NCBI GenBank assembly: GCA_026627345.1
Contig: JAPNUP010000084.1
Location: 4,325 to 68,324, forward strand
Length of the DNA stretch: 64,000 nucleotides
Direction of reading: 5' to 3'
Source: Bacillota bacterium
GTDB taxonomy: Bacteria; Bacillota; Bacilli; Alicyclobacillales; SLC66
A model generated the notes under the pieces. The model was given only the letters and a program-made list of their open reading frames with translations, was not told the DNA's origin and made no database searches. Positions 18,549 to 29,456 of this stretch are shown one piece after another. The first letter of the stretch is position 1. Each line of letters begins with the position of its first letter. The position numbers and the translations under genes were made by a program.

Positions 18549-20246
18549 TTGGATACTGTTTCGTCAGCTTCCAACTTTATACGAAATATCGTGGCTGACG
18601 ATGTGCAAGAGGGCCGGGTGCGCGAAGTCGTGACGCGTTTTCCGCCAGAGCCTAACGGTTATCTGCACATTGGACATGCCAAGTCGATTTGCTTGAATTT
18701 TGAGCTTGCTGATGATTTTGGCGGGAAGACGAATTTGCGCTTTGACGACACGAATCCACTGAAAGAGGACGCCGAGTACGTGCGCGCCATTCAGGAAGAT
18801 GTACGTTGGCTCGGTTTTCAGTGGGACCGCCTGTGTTTTGCCTCAGACTATTTTGAGCAGATGTATGAGCGAGCGCTTTTGCTTATCCGCAAAGGGCTGG
18901 CATACGTGTGTGACTTGTCGGCTCAAGAGATTCGCCAGACGAGAGGCACACTGACACAACCGGGAGTCGAGAGTCCGTATCGCAACCGGACGGTGGACGA
19001 GAATCTCGAGTTGTTTGGGCGCATGCGTCAAGGTGAGTTTGCGAGTGGTGAACGTGTGCTGCGTGCGCGCATCGACATGGCGTCACCGAATATCAACTTG
19101 CGCGATCCAGTGCTTTACCGTATCGCGCACGCGACGCATCATCGTACGGGAGATGCCTGGTGTATCTATCCGATGTACGATTATGCGCACCCTTTGGAAG
19201 ATGCGATCGAAGGGGTGACGCATTCGATCTGCACGCTTGAGTTTGCCGATCACAGGCCGTTTTATGACTGGGTGATCCGCGAATGTGAGATGCCGGTGGC
19301 ATCGAAGCAGTACGAATTTGCGCGCTTGAACATGACCCACACCGTGATGAGTAAACGCAAGTTCAAATTGCTCGTCGAAGAAGGCGTCGTAGATGGTTGG
19401 GATGATCCTCGGATGCCGACGATTTCGGGTCTACGTCGCAAAGGCTATACGCCAGAGTCGATTCGTAACTTTTGCCGCGAAATCGGTGTGGCCAAGAGTT
19501 ATAGCGTTGTCGATGAACGGATGCTCGAGCACTTCGTCCGCGAAGATTTGAAACTGCGGGCTTTGCGTACGATGGCGGTGATCGACCCACTAAAAGTCGT
19601 GATTACCAATTATCCGGACGGGCAAATCGAATGGCTGGAAGCGGAAAACAACAGCGAGAATGAGGCACTTGGCACACGTCAGATTCCTTTTTCTAAAGTG
19701 TTGTACATTGAACGTGATGACTTTACAGAGACGCCACCTCCAAAGTACTTTCGCTTGTTCCCGGGCAACGAAGTGCGTCTGAAACACGCGTATTTTATTC
19801 GCTGTCAAGAGGTGATTAAAGACGCACATGGCCGAGTGGTGGAACTGCGCTGCACTTACGATCCGGAAACCAAGAGTGGATCTGGGTTTACAGGGCGCAA
19901 GGTCAAAGGTACCCTGCACTGGGTGGAGGCAGGGCATGCACAAAAAGCTGAGTTTCGACTTTTTGAACCGCTTGTCGGCGATATCGCAGACGAAGAGGCA
20001 ACGAGTACGCCATCAGACGACGATCAAACGGTGCAAGACGCCGATCGCGCTTTTCTAGGAGAGTTAAACCCAACATCACTTCGGATTTTTCAAGGATTCG
20101 TAGAACCGGGCATGAAAGAGGCAAAACCGTATGACAAGTTTCAATTCTTTCGCCATGGGTATTTCAGCGTCGACCCGGTCTTGACCAGTGCCGATCGGCT
20201 CGTGTTTAACCGAGTGGTTTCCCTGAAGAGTTCGTTTGAGGTGTGA
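18549..20246 (+). CDS. glnS: glutamine--tRNA ligase (GlnRS)
   Basis: NFIRNIV...[18 protein letters not shown] (HIGH) and VMSKRK (KMSKS). The N-terminus is collinear with E. coli GlnRS if TTG 18549 is used (GAAGGATGG RBS). Track ATG 18510 has no RBS. Confidence 0.9.
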   Translation: MDTVSSASNFIRNIVADDVQEGRVREVVTRFPPEPNGYLHIGHAKSICLNFELADDFGGKTNLRFDDTNPLKEDAEYVRAIQEDVRWLGFQWDRLCFASDYFEQMYERALLLIRKGLAYVCDLSAQEIRQTRGTLTQPGVESPYRNRTVDENLELFGRMRQGEFASGERVLRARIDMASPNINLRDPVLYRIAHATHHRTGDAWCIYPMYDYAHPLEDAIEGVTHSICTLEFADHRPFYDWVIRECEMPVASKQYEFARLNMTHTVMSKRKFKLLVEEGVVDGWDDPRMPTISGLRRKGYTPESIRNFCREIGVAKSYSVVDERMLEHFVREDLKLRALRTMAVIDPLKVVITNYPDGQIEWLEAENNSENEALGTRQIPFSKVLYIERDDFTETPPPKYFRLFPGNEVRLKHAYFIRCQEVIKDAHGRVVELRCTYDPETKSGSGFTGRKVKGTLHWVEAGHAQKAEFRLFEPLVGDIADEEATSTPSDDDQTVQDADRAFLGELNPTSLRIFQGFVEPGMKEAKPYDKFQFFRHGYFSVDPVLTSADRLVFNRVVSLKSSFEV

Positions 20247-20299
20247 GACTGACCAAGAAAGTCAACTAGTTGATCCATAGTTTGGGAGGATGAGGATAC

Positions 20300-21289
<990 letters not shown>

Positions 21290-21302
21290 AGGAGTGTTGT
21301 GA

Positions 21303-22145
21303 GTGAAAGGGTTACAGGCAACGACCACGCTTCACAATGGCGTGAAGATGCCATGGTTTGGTCTCGGGGTGTGGCAAGCAGCGGACGGCGAGGAAGTGCA
21401 GCAGGCCGTGCGCGCGGCCATTACGTTTGGTTACCGAAGCATCGACACTGCAGCTGCCTATCGCAATGAAGAAGGAGTCGGCCAAGCGATTCGTGACAGT
21501 GGAATCAAGCGCGAAGAACTATTTGTGACCACGAAAGTATGGAACAAAGACCAAGGCTATGAGTCGACGCTAGCTGCCTTTGAAACCAGCCGCAAGCGGC
21601 TGGGGCTCGAGTATCTGGATCTGTATTTGATTCATTGGGCTGTCGCTGGTCGCTATCTCGATACCTGGAGGGCACTCGAAAAACTATATCGCGACGGGCT
21701 CGTCAAAGCGATCGGGGTCAGTAACTTTCAACCCACGCATCTTGCAGACGTGATGAAGAACTACGAGATCAAGCCGATGGTCAATCAGGTGGAGTTTCAC
21801 CCGCTGCTGACACAGCGTGAACTTTTGCAGTTTTGTCAGACGAATAGCATTCAACTCGAAGCGTGGTCTCCTCTGTCGCGCGGCGGGGATTTGCTGGAGC
21901 ATCCGGTCCTTCGAGAGATCGGGGAGAAATACGGCAAGACAGCGGCTCAAGTCATTTTGCGTTGGGATTTGGAGCAAGGTGTCGTGACCATTCCGAAGTC
22001 TGTACACGCGGCGCGTATCAAGGAGAATGCCGACATTTTCGATTTTACGCTCACTGCGCAGGATGTGACTAGAATAACGGATCTCAACCAAAATAGGCGC
22101 TCGTTTGAGTATAACCCTGACAACGTCACATGGGGTTTGGAGTAA
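21303..22145 (+). CDS. aldo/keto reductase (2,5-diketo-D-gluconate reductase / YtbE-YvgN-like)
   Basis: 280 aa. GLGVWQ...[13 protein letters not shown]...LDLYLIHW...VSNF motifs. GGAG 8 nt before the GTG. Confidence 0.88.
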   Translation: MKGLQATTTLHNGVKMPWFGLGVWQAADGEEVQQAVRAAITFGYRSIDTAAAYRNEEGVGQAIRDSGIKREELFVTTKVWNKDQGYESTLAAFETSRKRLGLEYLDLYLIHWAVAGRYLDTWRALEKLYRDGLVKAIGVSNFQPTHLADVMKNYEIKPMVNQVEFHPLLTQRELLQFCQTNSIQLEAWSPLSRGGDLLEHPVLREIGEKYGKTAAQVILRWDLEQGVVTIPKSVHAARIKENADIFDFTLTAQDVTRITDLNQNRRSFEYNPDNVTWGLE

Positions 22146-22231
22146 GCAGCGAAGCGTTTTGTCATAGAGGGTAGGATTTTGAACGCGCCGGTTTGTTTTG
22201 CGGTCTGCACGACTGCAAGTGAGCCGGCGCG

Positions 22232-23308
22232 TTGATGTTGCCAAAAGAGGGAAGTGATTGTACGTTGTCAGAATTCATCTTTACCTCCGCGCCGGAAGCA
22301 AGCGCAATGGCGCTCAACGAACTGTCCAAGGCTGGCGTCTCGAGCCACTTGAAAAGCTGGTTGGCCCCTGGGGTCGGACTGTGTGTCAGCAGTGAGTCGC
22401 AAGCTTCATGTCAAGAACGCCTTTCCGCGTTTCCACCAGTCTTTATCCGGCACCTGTGCTTCGTGCAAACTTCGCGCAAGCTCGAGCCTGTTGTGGAGAC
22501 CACGCAGCTGTGTGCACAACAACTGGTCAGCGAATTGCCAAAACTGGCGTCTGACCGATCATTAGCCGTTCAGGTTCGCCTATTTAGGCGCGATGATGAA
22601 GAGACGGCTTGGCCGTGGACGCGACAAGAGCTGGAGCGTGCCGTCAGTGGTGCCGTGCTGGCTGAGCATCCAGGGACGCTCCTCAGTGTGAGCGAGCCGC
22701 AACAAATTGTGTCGGTGGTCTGTGCGGACGGTCATGTCTACGCGGGAGTCTCACAGGTGGCTGATAATTTGAGTGCGTGGCCTGGCGGTGAGCGCCGATT
22801 CGCGCGCGAAGCGCTTGTTGTAAGCCGCGCGGAATTCAAATTGCTGGAGGCGATCGAGGTATTTGCACTCGATTTGCCTCGTGATGGACAAGCGCTTGAT
22901 TTGGGAGCAGCTCCCGGTGGTTGGACCCGCGTATTACGTTCGTTCGGGATGACGGTGACAGCCGTCGACCCGGCGCAGCTGAGCCCAGCTGTCCTGGAAG
23001 ATCCAGGGGTGCGGCACGAGGCCACGGCGGCGCAAGCCTACCTGCGGCAAGCGTCCGGCGTGTTTGATGTGTTGGTGAACGACATGAAGATGGATCCGCG
23101 GGCATCGGTGGCTTTGACTGTGAGTGCGGTCAGGGCACTGCGGCCAGGAGGCATAGGCGTACTCACCTTAAAGCTGCCCACACATACGCAGGAACGGGTC
23201 GTGGCCGCCTCACTGACGGCACTTCGCTCTGTCTACGAAGTGACGGGTGCGCGTCAGCTTTTTCATAATCGTAGTGAGGTAACCGTTGCTTTGCGTCGAC
23301 CGCAATGA
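22232..23308 (+). CDS. SAM-dependent methyltransferase, FtsJ/RlmM-like (THUMP-like N-domain plus Rossmann MTase)
   Basis: DLGAAPGGWTRVL SAM-binding loop and VNDMK motif. Length and architecture resemble RlmM. The start is uncertain: TTG/ATG at 22232-22238 or TTG 22265 after AAGAGGGAAG. Confidence 0.65.
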   Translation: MMLPKEGSDCTLSEFIFTSAPEASAMALNELSKAGVSSHLKSWLAPGVGLCVSSESQASCQERLSAFPPVFIRHLCFVQTSRKLEPVVETTQLCAQQLVSELPKLASDRSLAVQVRLFRRDDEETAWPWTRQELERAVSGAVLAEHPGTLLSVSEPQQIVSVVCADGHVYAGVSQVADNLSAWPGGERRFAREALVVSRAEFKLLEAIEVFALDLPRDGQALDLGAAPGGWTRVLRSFGMTVTAVDPAQLSPAVLEDPGVRHEATAAQAYLRQASGVFDVLVNDMKMDPRASVALTVSAVRALRPGGIGVLTLKLPTHTQERVVAASLTALRSVYEVTGARQLFHNRSEVTVALRRPQ

Positions 23309-23402
23309 GGGGCAGGCGACTCTTTGATAAGCTCAGAGGCCTGTAGGTTCTGTGGTACAATCGTTATACTAAGTGACGATAGCATTTTTCGAGGTGAAGT
23401 CT

Positions 23403-24050
23403 GTGTCTGTCGAACAACGTAGGCCAGGACGGCCACGGGCCAGCGATCTCAGCATACCGACGGCCGAGAGAATCTTGCGCGTGGCAGCCTCTTCTTTTTT
23501 GCAGTTGGGGTATGATGGTGTGAGCCTCGAGTCAGTGGCCAAAGAGTGTCAGGTCACGAAGGCTACCGTCTATTACTATTTTTCCTCGAAGGCACACTTG
23601 TTTACATCGGCCATGCTTCAGATGATGGAGGATGCTCGGATCGCTACCAAACGGATTCTAGAGATGCCGCTACCGCTGTATGATCGCCTTCGCAAAGTGG
23701 CGATAGGGCATCTCAGGATTTCCGCGCCTATGGACTTTGAGGCTGTTTTGCAGCGCGGTATGGCAGATCTCACGGAGGAGCAACGCAGGGCGATGCAAGC
23801 GGCCGAACACCGATTGCAAGAGACGCTTGCCGCTGCGTTTGCTGAGGCGACGGCACGTGGAGAAGCCCGTCCGATCGATCCGGCGCTTGCCGCCCGCTCC
23901 TTCACAGCGGCCCTGCTAAAAGGCAAGACCGACGAGGAGCGATTGGGGCAAGTGCCGTTTCAAGTCGAGAAGCGGGCAGAGGAGATTCTCGCACTCTTTT
24001 GGTTTGGCTTTGGCGGGTCTGATGAGAGGGTAACCCCGTCAGGCCCTTGA
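23403..24050 (+). CDS. TetR/AcrR family transcriptional regulator
   Basis: HTH region SLESVAKECQVTKATVYYYFSSK. GTG 23403 lies 6 nt after GAGGTG. Confidence 0.85.
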   Translation: MSVEQRRPGRPRASDLSIPTAERILRVAASSFLQLGYDGVSLESVAKECQVTKATVYYYFSSKAHLFTSAMLQMMEDARIATKRILEMPLPLYDRLRKVAIGHLRISAPMDFEAVLQRGMADLTEEQRRAMQAAEHRLQETLAAAFAEATARGEARPIDPALAARSFTAALLKGKTDEERLGQVPFQVEKRAEEILALFWFGFGGSDERVTPSGP

Positions 24051-24086
24051 CATGTTGCGGCAACACACTTGCGCACCAGAAAATCG

Positions 24087-25268
24087 CTAGAGACCTTCGC
24101 TATAGGCTTCGTGAAGAAGCGTGAGGTAGTCTCTCTCTGTGATCGGTCGGATGTTGCTGTCCGTCGATGTATTGGCGAAAGCCAGTGCTGCCAAGCGTTC
24201 GAAGTCTCGCTCTTGCACTTTCGGGAGTTCACGAAGTGTTGGAATGCCAAGTTCGCGTGTCCACCGCGCGATTCCGTCGACTAGCGCGGATATCGCTTCG
24301 TCCTCCGTTTGTGTGGCGCAGGCGAAACCGAGAAGATGCGCTAGGCGCGCATGCAACGGGCGGTTCACACTAGCGTTGAAGCGCATGACGACAGGCAGAA
24401 AGACAGCGTTAGCCACTCCATGAGGTGTATCGTACAGGCCACCTAGTGCCTCGGCCAGACAGTGCACGGCAGCTACGTCTGTGGAGCCAAAGCACAGTCC
24501 GGCTAATAGACTGCCTTCTAGCATGGCCGTACGCGCCTCGAGGTCACGCCCATCCGACACTGCGCGCTGCAGATGAGGCATGATCAATTGCATGGCGCGT
24601 TCGCCAAAGGCTTGTGCAATCGGCGTAGACTTGCGGCACGTGGCTCCTTCGATGGCGTGTACTAAAGCATCGACACCAGTGGCAGCGGTGACGGAAGGCG
24701 GCACACTGAGGGTCAACAAGGGATCGAGCACCGCCAAATAGGGGCGCAACACGGCGTGCTTGAGTGTCATTTTACGATGCGACGCCGCTTCCGTGATTAC
24801 AGCGGAACGGGTGACTTCAGAGCCTGTCCCAGCTGTGGTCGGGACGCAGATGATCGGGTTTGTGGGGCCATAAGGCCGCAGGCCATACGCGTAATCAGAT
24901 GGCACACCCCCGTGCGTGGCGAGTAAGGCGATCGTCTTGGCTGTGTCCATGGCGCTACCACCGCCTATAGCCAGGATGGCCTTAGCATCATGTGCCAAGT
25001 ACTGAGCGGCGCCAAGTAGGCAATCTGTATCGCGCGGGTTTTGCGCGACTGCAGAAAAGATCCTGATCTCATAGTTCGCGCGTCGCAGTGTTTCGACAAT
25101 CGGCTCGATCAATCCAGCTTGTAGTACGCCAGGGTCAGTGACGACAAGAAGCCTTTGGCCGATACTGTGTGCGGTCAAGATGCGATCGAGCGAGGCAGCA
25201 GCGCCCGCCTCAAACTCAATGGCCGTTGGCATATGAAAAGTGAATGGGCAATGGCACGCAACACTCAA
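24087..25268 (-). CDS. iron-containing (group III) alcohol dehydrogenase
   Basis: 393 aa. The N-terminal FTFHMPTAIEFEAGAA pattern requires the TTG 25268 start. GGGSAMDTAK dinucleotide motif and conserved His cluster (HAIE, HCLAEALGGLYDTPHG). Confidence 0.88.
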   Translation of the reverse strand: MSVACHCPFTFHMPTAIEFEAGAAASLDRILTAHSIGQRLLVVTDPGVLQAGLIEPIVETLRRANYEIRIFSAVAQNPRDTDCLLGAAQYLAHDAKAILAIGGGSAMDTAKTIALLATHGGVPSDYAYGLRPYGPTNPIICVPTTAGTGSEVTRSAVITEAASHRKMTLKHAVLRPYLAVLDPLLTLSVPPSVTAATGVDALVHAIEGATCRKSTPIAQAFGERAMQLIMPHLQRAVSDGRDLEARTAMLEGSLLAGLCFGSTDVAAVHCLAEALGGLYDTPHGVANAVFLPVVMRFNASVNRPLHARLAHLLGFACATQTEDEAISALVDGIARWTRELGIPTLRELPKVQERDFERLAALAFANTSTDSNIRPITERDYLTLLHEAYSEGL

Positions 25269-25279
25269 ATCGGCTCATC

Positions 25280-25406
25280 TCCTGAATAACGGCGTCAGCC
25301 GCTTATTCTTCCCGTAGACGGTGGTGCGAGAGCACCAAGTCACCGTCTTTCCTGAATAACGGCGTCAGCCGCTTATTCTTCCCGTAGACGGTGGTGCGAG
25401 AGCACC
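25280..25406. repeat. tandem direct repeat: two identical 57-bp units with 70-bp period, each holding two hairpins/palindromes
   Basis: 25280-25336 is identical to 25350-25406 by eye. Each unit contains GAATAACGGC-GTCA-GCCGCTTATTC (10-bp imperfect palindrome) and GGTGC-GAGA-GCACC. Confidence 0.9.
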
Positions 25407-25417
25407 TGCGCTTACAG

Positions 25418-25423
25418 TATAAT
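25418..25423 (+). promoter_or_regulatory. perfect -10 hexamer candidate for the SDR gene
   Basis: TATAAT at 25418-25423, 55 nt upstream of ATG 25478. The -35 position falls inside repeat copy 2 (GTGCGA, a poor match). Confidence 0.3.
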
Positions 25424-25477
25424 CGCGGCTCTGGACCTAGCGCTAGACGCCTGTAGGATATGAAGGGGGTTTTGCTG

Positions 25478-26251
25478 ATGTCGGTACTCGATTTGTTTGG
25501 CCTCGACGGCAAGGTAGCGCTGATCACAGGTGGCGGACGTGGACTCGGCGAGCAAATGGCGCACGGTTTGGCACAAGCCGGAGCGCGTATCGCACTGGGC
25601 TCGCGGCGAGTCGAGAGTTGCGAGTCCGTGCGCGATGAGCTCAAGAGCCAAGGTGCCGATGCCGTCGCCTTTGCCCTTGATGTGACCCAACCGGAGTCGG
25701 TCGCCAAAGCGGTCGAACAGACGCTGCAGGTATTTGGCCACATCGATATCCTGATCAACAACGGAGGCGCATCGTGGGGCAGTCCTGCTGAGGAGATGCC
25801 CTATGAGGCGTGGCAAAAGGTGCTGCAAACCAATCTGACAGGTACCTTCTTGATGTCGCAGGCGGTGGGCCGTCATATGATTCCGAGGCGGTCCGGCAAA
25901 ATCATCAATATCGCGTCTATCGCTGGCTTTCGCGGATCAGATCCAGACATTCTCGATGCCATTGGTTACAGCGCCAGTAAAGGCGGCGTCATCGCCTTCA
26001 CGCGTGACCTGGCTGTTAAGTGGGCACGGCACGGGATCTGCGTCAATGCGATTGCACCCGGCTTTTTTCCGACGAAGATGACCCAGCACATGCTTAGCCA
26101 ACACAGTGAGGCCATTGTCGGGGGAACGCCGCTGCGCCGCGTCGGTGGGGAACGCGATTTGCAAGGGGCGGCGCTGTATTTTGCATCGGCAGCCTCCGAT
26201 TTTACGACAGGCCAGGTGCTTGCAGTCGATGGTGGCGTTTCGGTAGGATAG
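25478..26251 (+). CDS. SDR family oxidoreductase (gluconate 5-dehydrogenase / 3-oxoacyl-ACP reductase-like)
   Basis: TGGGRGLG cofactor loop, NNGG, and catalytic YSASK. AAGGGGG RBS before ATG 25478. Confidence 0.88.
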   Translation: MSVLDLFGLDGKVALITGGGRGLGEQMAHGLAQAGARIALGSRRVESCESVRDELKSQGADAVAFALDVTQPESVAKAVEQTLQVFGHIDILINNGGASWGSPAEEMPYEAWQKVLQTNLTGTFLMSQAVGRHMIPRRSGKIINIASIAGFRGSDPDILDAIGYSASKGGVIAFTRDLAVKWARHGICVNAIAPGFFPTKMTQHMLSQHSEAIVGGTPLRRVGGERDLQGAALYFASAASDFTTGQVLAVDGGVSVG

Positions 26252-26292
26252 TGATACATGGTGCGTGAACGTCTAGGAAAAGGGGTATTGAC

Positions 26293-26715
26293 ATGTCGGT
26301 GGAGTTACACGTGATCGGGAAATTCGCGCAACATGACGAAGCGGCACAAGCGGCGCATGAGCTCGAAACGCGCTTTGCAGGGAAGGTCTCGCTAAGTACA
26401 AGCACGCCGCATGAGGAGTGGTGGCGCCACCAGTGGCTTCAAAGTGCACTTTCTGCAGTTGGTGGGGCGGCGGCAGCTGTCTCACAACTCGTGCCAGGAT
26501 TCGGCGTGCTTTTTATGGGTGGGCCGTTAGACGGCATCCGTCAAGGTAGTGTAGTTGCCGACTGGTTGGAAGCTCATCCGGAAGAAGGCGGGAGTGATAC
26601 GCACTTCGTTATTTTGTCTGTCGCCCACTCTGAGGTCAAAGAGGCGAGACAGCTACTCACGGAGCTTGGGGCGACGCATGTCCATGAGGTGCTAGAGTCC
26701 GGGCGGGAAGCGTAA
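26293..26715 (+). CDS. hypothetical protein, possibly YflT-like general stress protein
   Basis: 140 aa with small alpha/beta-like ends flanking a Gly/Ala-rich hydrophobic middle (SAVGGAAAAVSQLVPGFGVLFMGGP). AAAGGGG RBS. The family assignment is weak. Confidence 0.4.
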   Translation: MSVELHVIGKFAQHDEAAQAAHELETRFAGKVSLSTSTPHEEWWRHQWLQSALSAVGGAAAAVSQLVPGFGVLFMGGPLDGIRQGSVVADWLEAHPEEGGSDTHFVILSVAHSEVKEARQLLTELGATHVHEVLESGREA

Positions 26716-26732
26716 ACAGGGAGGTCGCACGA

Positions 26733-27731
26733 GTGACAGCCAGCGTCAGGCAAATCACACATTTTGCAAGACCCGCTTTGCAACTGCAAAGCGCTGGGCT
26801 CGAGGCCTTGCTCGTACCAGAGCTCGGAGGCAATTTGCTCAGGCTACAAACCCGTCAGGATCACATAGATATCTTGCGTACACCGACTTCCTGGGAAGCG
26901 TACGAAGCGAGTCCGAATTTGTACGGAATTCCCGTCTTGTGTCCGCCCAACCGCATCGCTGACGGGCGCTTTACGTACCGAGATCACGTCTATCAGTTGG
27001 CGATCAATGAACCTGAGCGCAACAACCACATTCATGGTTTTGCGCACGACAAACCTTGGCGACTCCTCGACGCCGGGCTCAAAGACGGCCTGCCTTTCGC
27101 GCAGATCGAATGGCGAGCAGCGGACTTCCCGGATGTGCAGGCGCAGTACCCACACGCGTTAACGCTGCAAATCACCTACGAACTGCATGAACAGGAACTG
27201 CGACAGCACCTAGTCGCGATCAATGAGGGGCCCACGCCTGCACCTTTTGGGATTGGGTTTCACACCACTTTTGCGGTTCCTTTCGGTCCCCATGGCGACG
27301 TCTCGACGTATCAGTTAGCGGTGCCGCTCGACCAGCGTTTCGAGCTTGACCGGCGCATGTTGCCGACAGGGCAGCTACAGGTAATGTCGGATCGAGAGCA
27401 GTGGCGCGCTGGCAAGGCGATTGAAGGACTCGTTCTCGATGATGTATTCACCTCTGTTTCCGATGCGAGGCACAGGCAACAGGCGGTTTTGCAAGACGCC
27501 GCCAGTGGCATCACGGTCACGTATGCGTGCAGTGACCCAATCGGTTTTTGGGTGCTGTACACGCGAGATGGGCATAGTGGATTTGTCAGTGTAGAACCGT
27601 ATACATGGGTGACGAATGCGCCGAATCTATCTCTACCTGATGCGCTGTCCGGCATGCGAGCGATCGCTTCTCGAGATTCGCTTTGCGTCGACAGCGCGAT
27701 CGCTATTTCGCGCCGTGGCAATCACATCTAG
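26733..27731 (+). CDS. aldose 1-epimerase family protein
   Basis: 332 aa. Mutarotase-like pattern (LVPELGGNLLRL...NRIADGRF...HGF...GFHTTF). GGGAGG 8 nt before the GTG. Confidence 0.7.
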   Translation: MTASVRQITHFARPALQLQSAGLEALLVPELGGNLLRLQTRQDHIDILRTPTSWEAYEASPNLYGIPVLCPPNRIADGRFTYRDHVYQLAINEPERNNHIHGFAHDKPWRLLDAGLKDGLPFAQIEWRAADFPDVQAQYPHALTLQITYELHEQELRQHLVAINEGPTPAPFGIGFHTTFAVPFGPHGDVSTYQLAVPLDQRFELDRRMLPTGQLQVMSDREQWRAGKAIEGLVLDDVFTSVSDARHRQQAVLQDAASGITVTYACSDPIGFWVLYTRDGHSGFVSVEPYTWVTNAPNLSLPDALSGMRAIASRDSLCVDSAIAISRRGNHI

Positions 27732-27777
27732 AAAAGAGAAGGGGGCAAAGGGGAATCCTTCCCTTTGCCCTTAGTTT

Positions 27778-28584
27778 TCAAGTAGGCTCATGTACAGTGG
27801 CTGTCTCGGTGAGAAAGCGCTCTAGCTCACAGGCGACGCCATCTTCATCGTTGGACTTGGTAGTGAGCTTGATGTGCTTCAGGATCACAGGGTCCGAATT
27901 GGCCATGGCAATCCCGCGACCTACGTGTTGCAGCATGTCAAGGTCGTTTTCCGCGTTGCCAAAAGCCGTTACGCGCTCAAGCGGAATGCCCCAGTCCGCG
28001 CACAACGTTTGTATGCCTGACAGTTTCGTGATCGCATAGGCAGTCAAATAGATGTTTCCATCGAGACTGCGCGTCATGTCAAACGCCTGCCACTGCGACA
28101 ACTCCTCGTACAATTCGTTCTGCAGCTGCAGGCTTGGACAAGCGATAGTGGCTTTTAAAAGCGGCTCAGCACTGCGTGGTAAGTAGTCGACCAGCGATTT
28201 CGTCCAAATCGTGTCATAGGAGCCGTAAGGGCGAGTCTGTGATACAGCGAAACGGTGGCCGAGCATAAAGAATTCCGCTTCGGTATCAGCCAAACGAGCA
28301 CTCAGGCGCGCGAGAGCGTCTGTCGCGATCGGTTGTATATGCAGGCTGTCCCCTGTCTGCGGATCGACAATATCAGACCCATTCATACATATGACAGGCA
28401 CATCCAAGTCCAGTTGTCTCGCGATTGGCAATGTGGAGGACGCCATTCTCCCAGTAGCAATCGTGATGCGATGCCCGGCTGCCCGAATTTGCCTAATGGC
28501 GGTTTGTGTGCGCTGTGAAAGCTCGTGCTGAGCATTTAGCAATGTGCCGTCAATATCGATCGCAAAGAAGTGTGTGTGATTCAT
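27778..28584 (-). CDS. Cof-type HAD-IIB family hydrolase (sugar-phosphate phosphatase-like)
   Basis: FAIDIDGTLL motif I, TGR motif II, and the C-terminal FGNAENDLDML...MANS motif. GGGGAGG RBS. Confidence 0.88.
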   Translation of the reverse strand: MNHTHFFAIDIDGTLLNAQHELSQRTQTAIRQIRAAGHRITIATGRMASSTLPIARQLDLDVPVICMNGSDIVDPQTGDSLHIQPIATDALARLSARLADTEAEFFMLGHRFAVSQTRPYGSYDTIWTKSLVDYLPRSAEPLLKATIACPSLQLQNELYEELSQWQAFDMTRSLDGNIYLTAYAITKLSGIQTLCADWGIPLERVTAFGNAENDLDMLQHVGRGIAMANSDPVILKHIKLTTKSNDEDGVACELERFLTETATVHEPT

Positions 28585-28732
28585 GCAAGCCTCCCCAAGC
28601 TCTCACCTGTCATGTAAGTAGTATACTCGATTCCGGCACGAGGCGAATGGGGTAGTTGGTAAAGTGACAAAACCGTTTGATCGTTTAGGTCGTTATCCTA
28701 GATTGAGAACACAAATTGAGAGGGTGTAAACG

Positions 28733-29290
28733 ATGTCTCTATTTTGGAAGCGCACAGGAAAGATGCTGTTACCGGTGACTGCCGGCTTGATGATGCTTGG
28801 CACAGTTGCATTCGCTGATATGAATGCGCAAACGGCACCTGCGTATACTGGTAAACTATTCGGCAATATTCCGAATGTGACCGTTCGCGGGATCCCGGCG
28901 GGTGGTGCGCCATGGGTCGTAGATGGGTCTGTGAAGCTGACTGACAATCATATCTGGGCGTCCGGTAAATGGCTGATGGTGCCTAAGACAGGTTATCTGG
29001 CCGATGGCAAACCGATCCCGATGAAAGTGGCCGGCACGACGGCAGGTTTTCTCAAAGTAGTGGCTGAAATCACATTCGCCAACGCCAAATCAGTCGTCAC
29101 CGCACCGGTGACCTTGACTGCCAAAGGTGACTTCACAATCAATGCTAAGGTGATGATTCCAAAAGGTGCGGCGGACCCCGTGATTCTGATCGGCCCCCCC
29201 AACGGTATGGGTGGTGAAAAAGTCTGGTTTGCCAGCACCAATTTTCTTATGGACTACGGTCAAGCCATGATGGGTAGCGCAAGCAACTAA
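28733..29290 (+). CDS. secreted hypothetical protein
   Basis: 185 aa. Signal peptide (LLPVTAGLMMLGTVAFA-D). RBS GAGAGGGTG. No recognised domain. Confidence 0.6.
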   Translation: MSLFWKRTGKMLLPVTAGLMMLGTVAFADMNAQTAPAYTGKLFGNIPNVTVRGIPAGGAPWVVDGSVKLTDNHIWASGKWLMVPKTGYLADGKPIPMKVAGTTAGFLKVVAEITFANAKSVVTAPVTLTAKGDFTINAKVMIPKGAADPVILIGPPNGMGGEKVWFASTNFLMDYGQAMMGSASN

Positions 29291-29330
29291 GAACGGCTGG
29301 TAAGAGGATATAAGAGATAGAGGAAGCGTT

Positions 29331-29363
29331 GCCGCTTTTGGTTTAACCAAAGGCGGCTTTCTC
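29331..29363 (+). terminator. rho-independent terminator
   Basis: GCCGCUUUUGG (29331-29341) pairs with CCAAAGGCGGC (29347-29357). Loop UUUAA, followed by TTTCTCT. Confidence 0.6.
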
Positions 29364-29456
29364 TATGTCCCTATTGATCTAATGAAACTTCTGTGTCATA
29401 CTCCTCTAAAATGTAACAAGTTATTCACTTTTATTTCTCGGAAAGGAGGAACTATC

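Noticed and set aside
23324-23361. TTGATA ... TGgTACAAT promoter for the TetR gene
   Set aside because: The extended -10 is good, but the TTGATA hexamer is 26 bp away, too far for a standard sigma-A -35. It is not listed as a feature.
25280-25406. Possible CRISPR array
   Set aside because: There are only two repeat copies, separated by a 13-bp spacer, with no cas genes nearby. It is better explained as a tandem duplication of a regulatory module.
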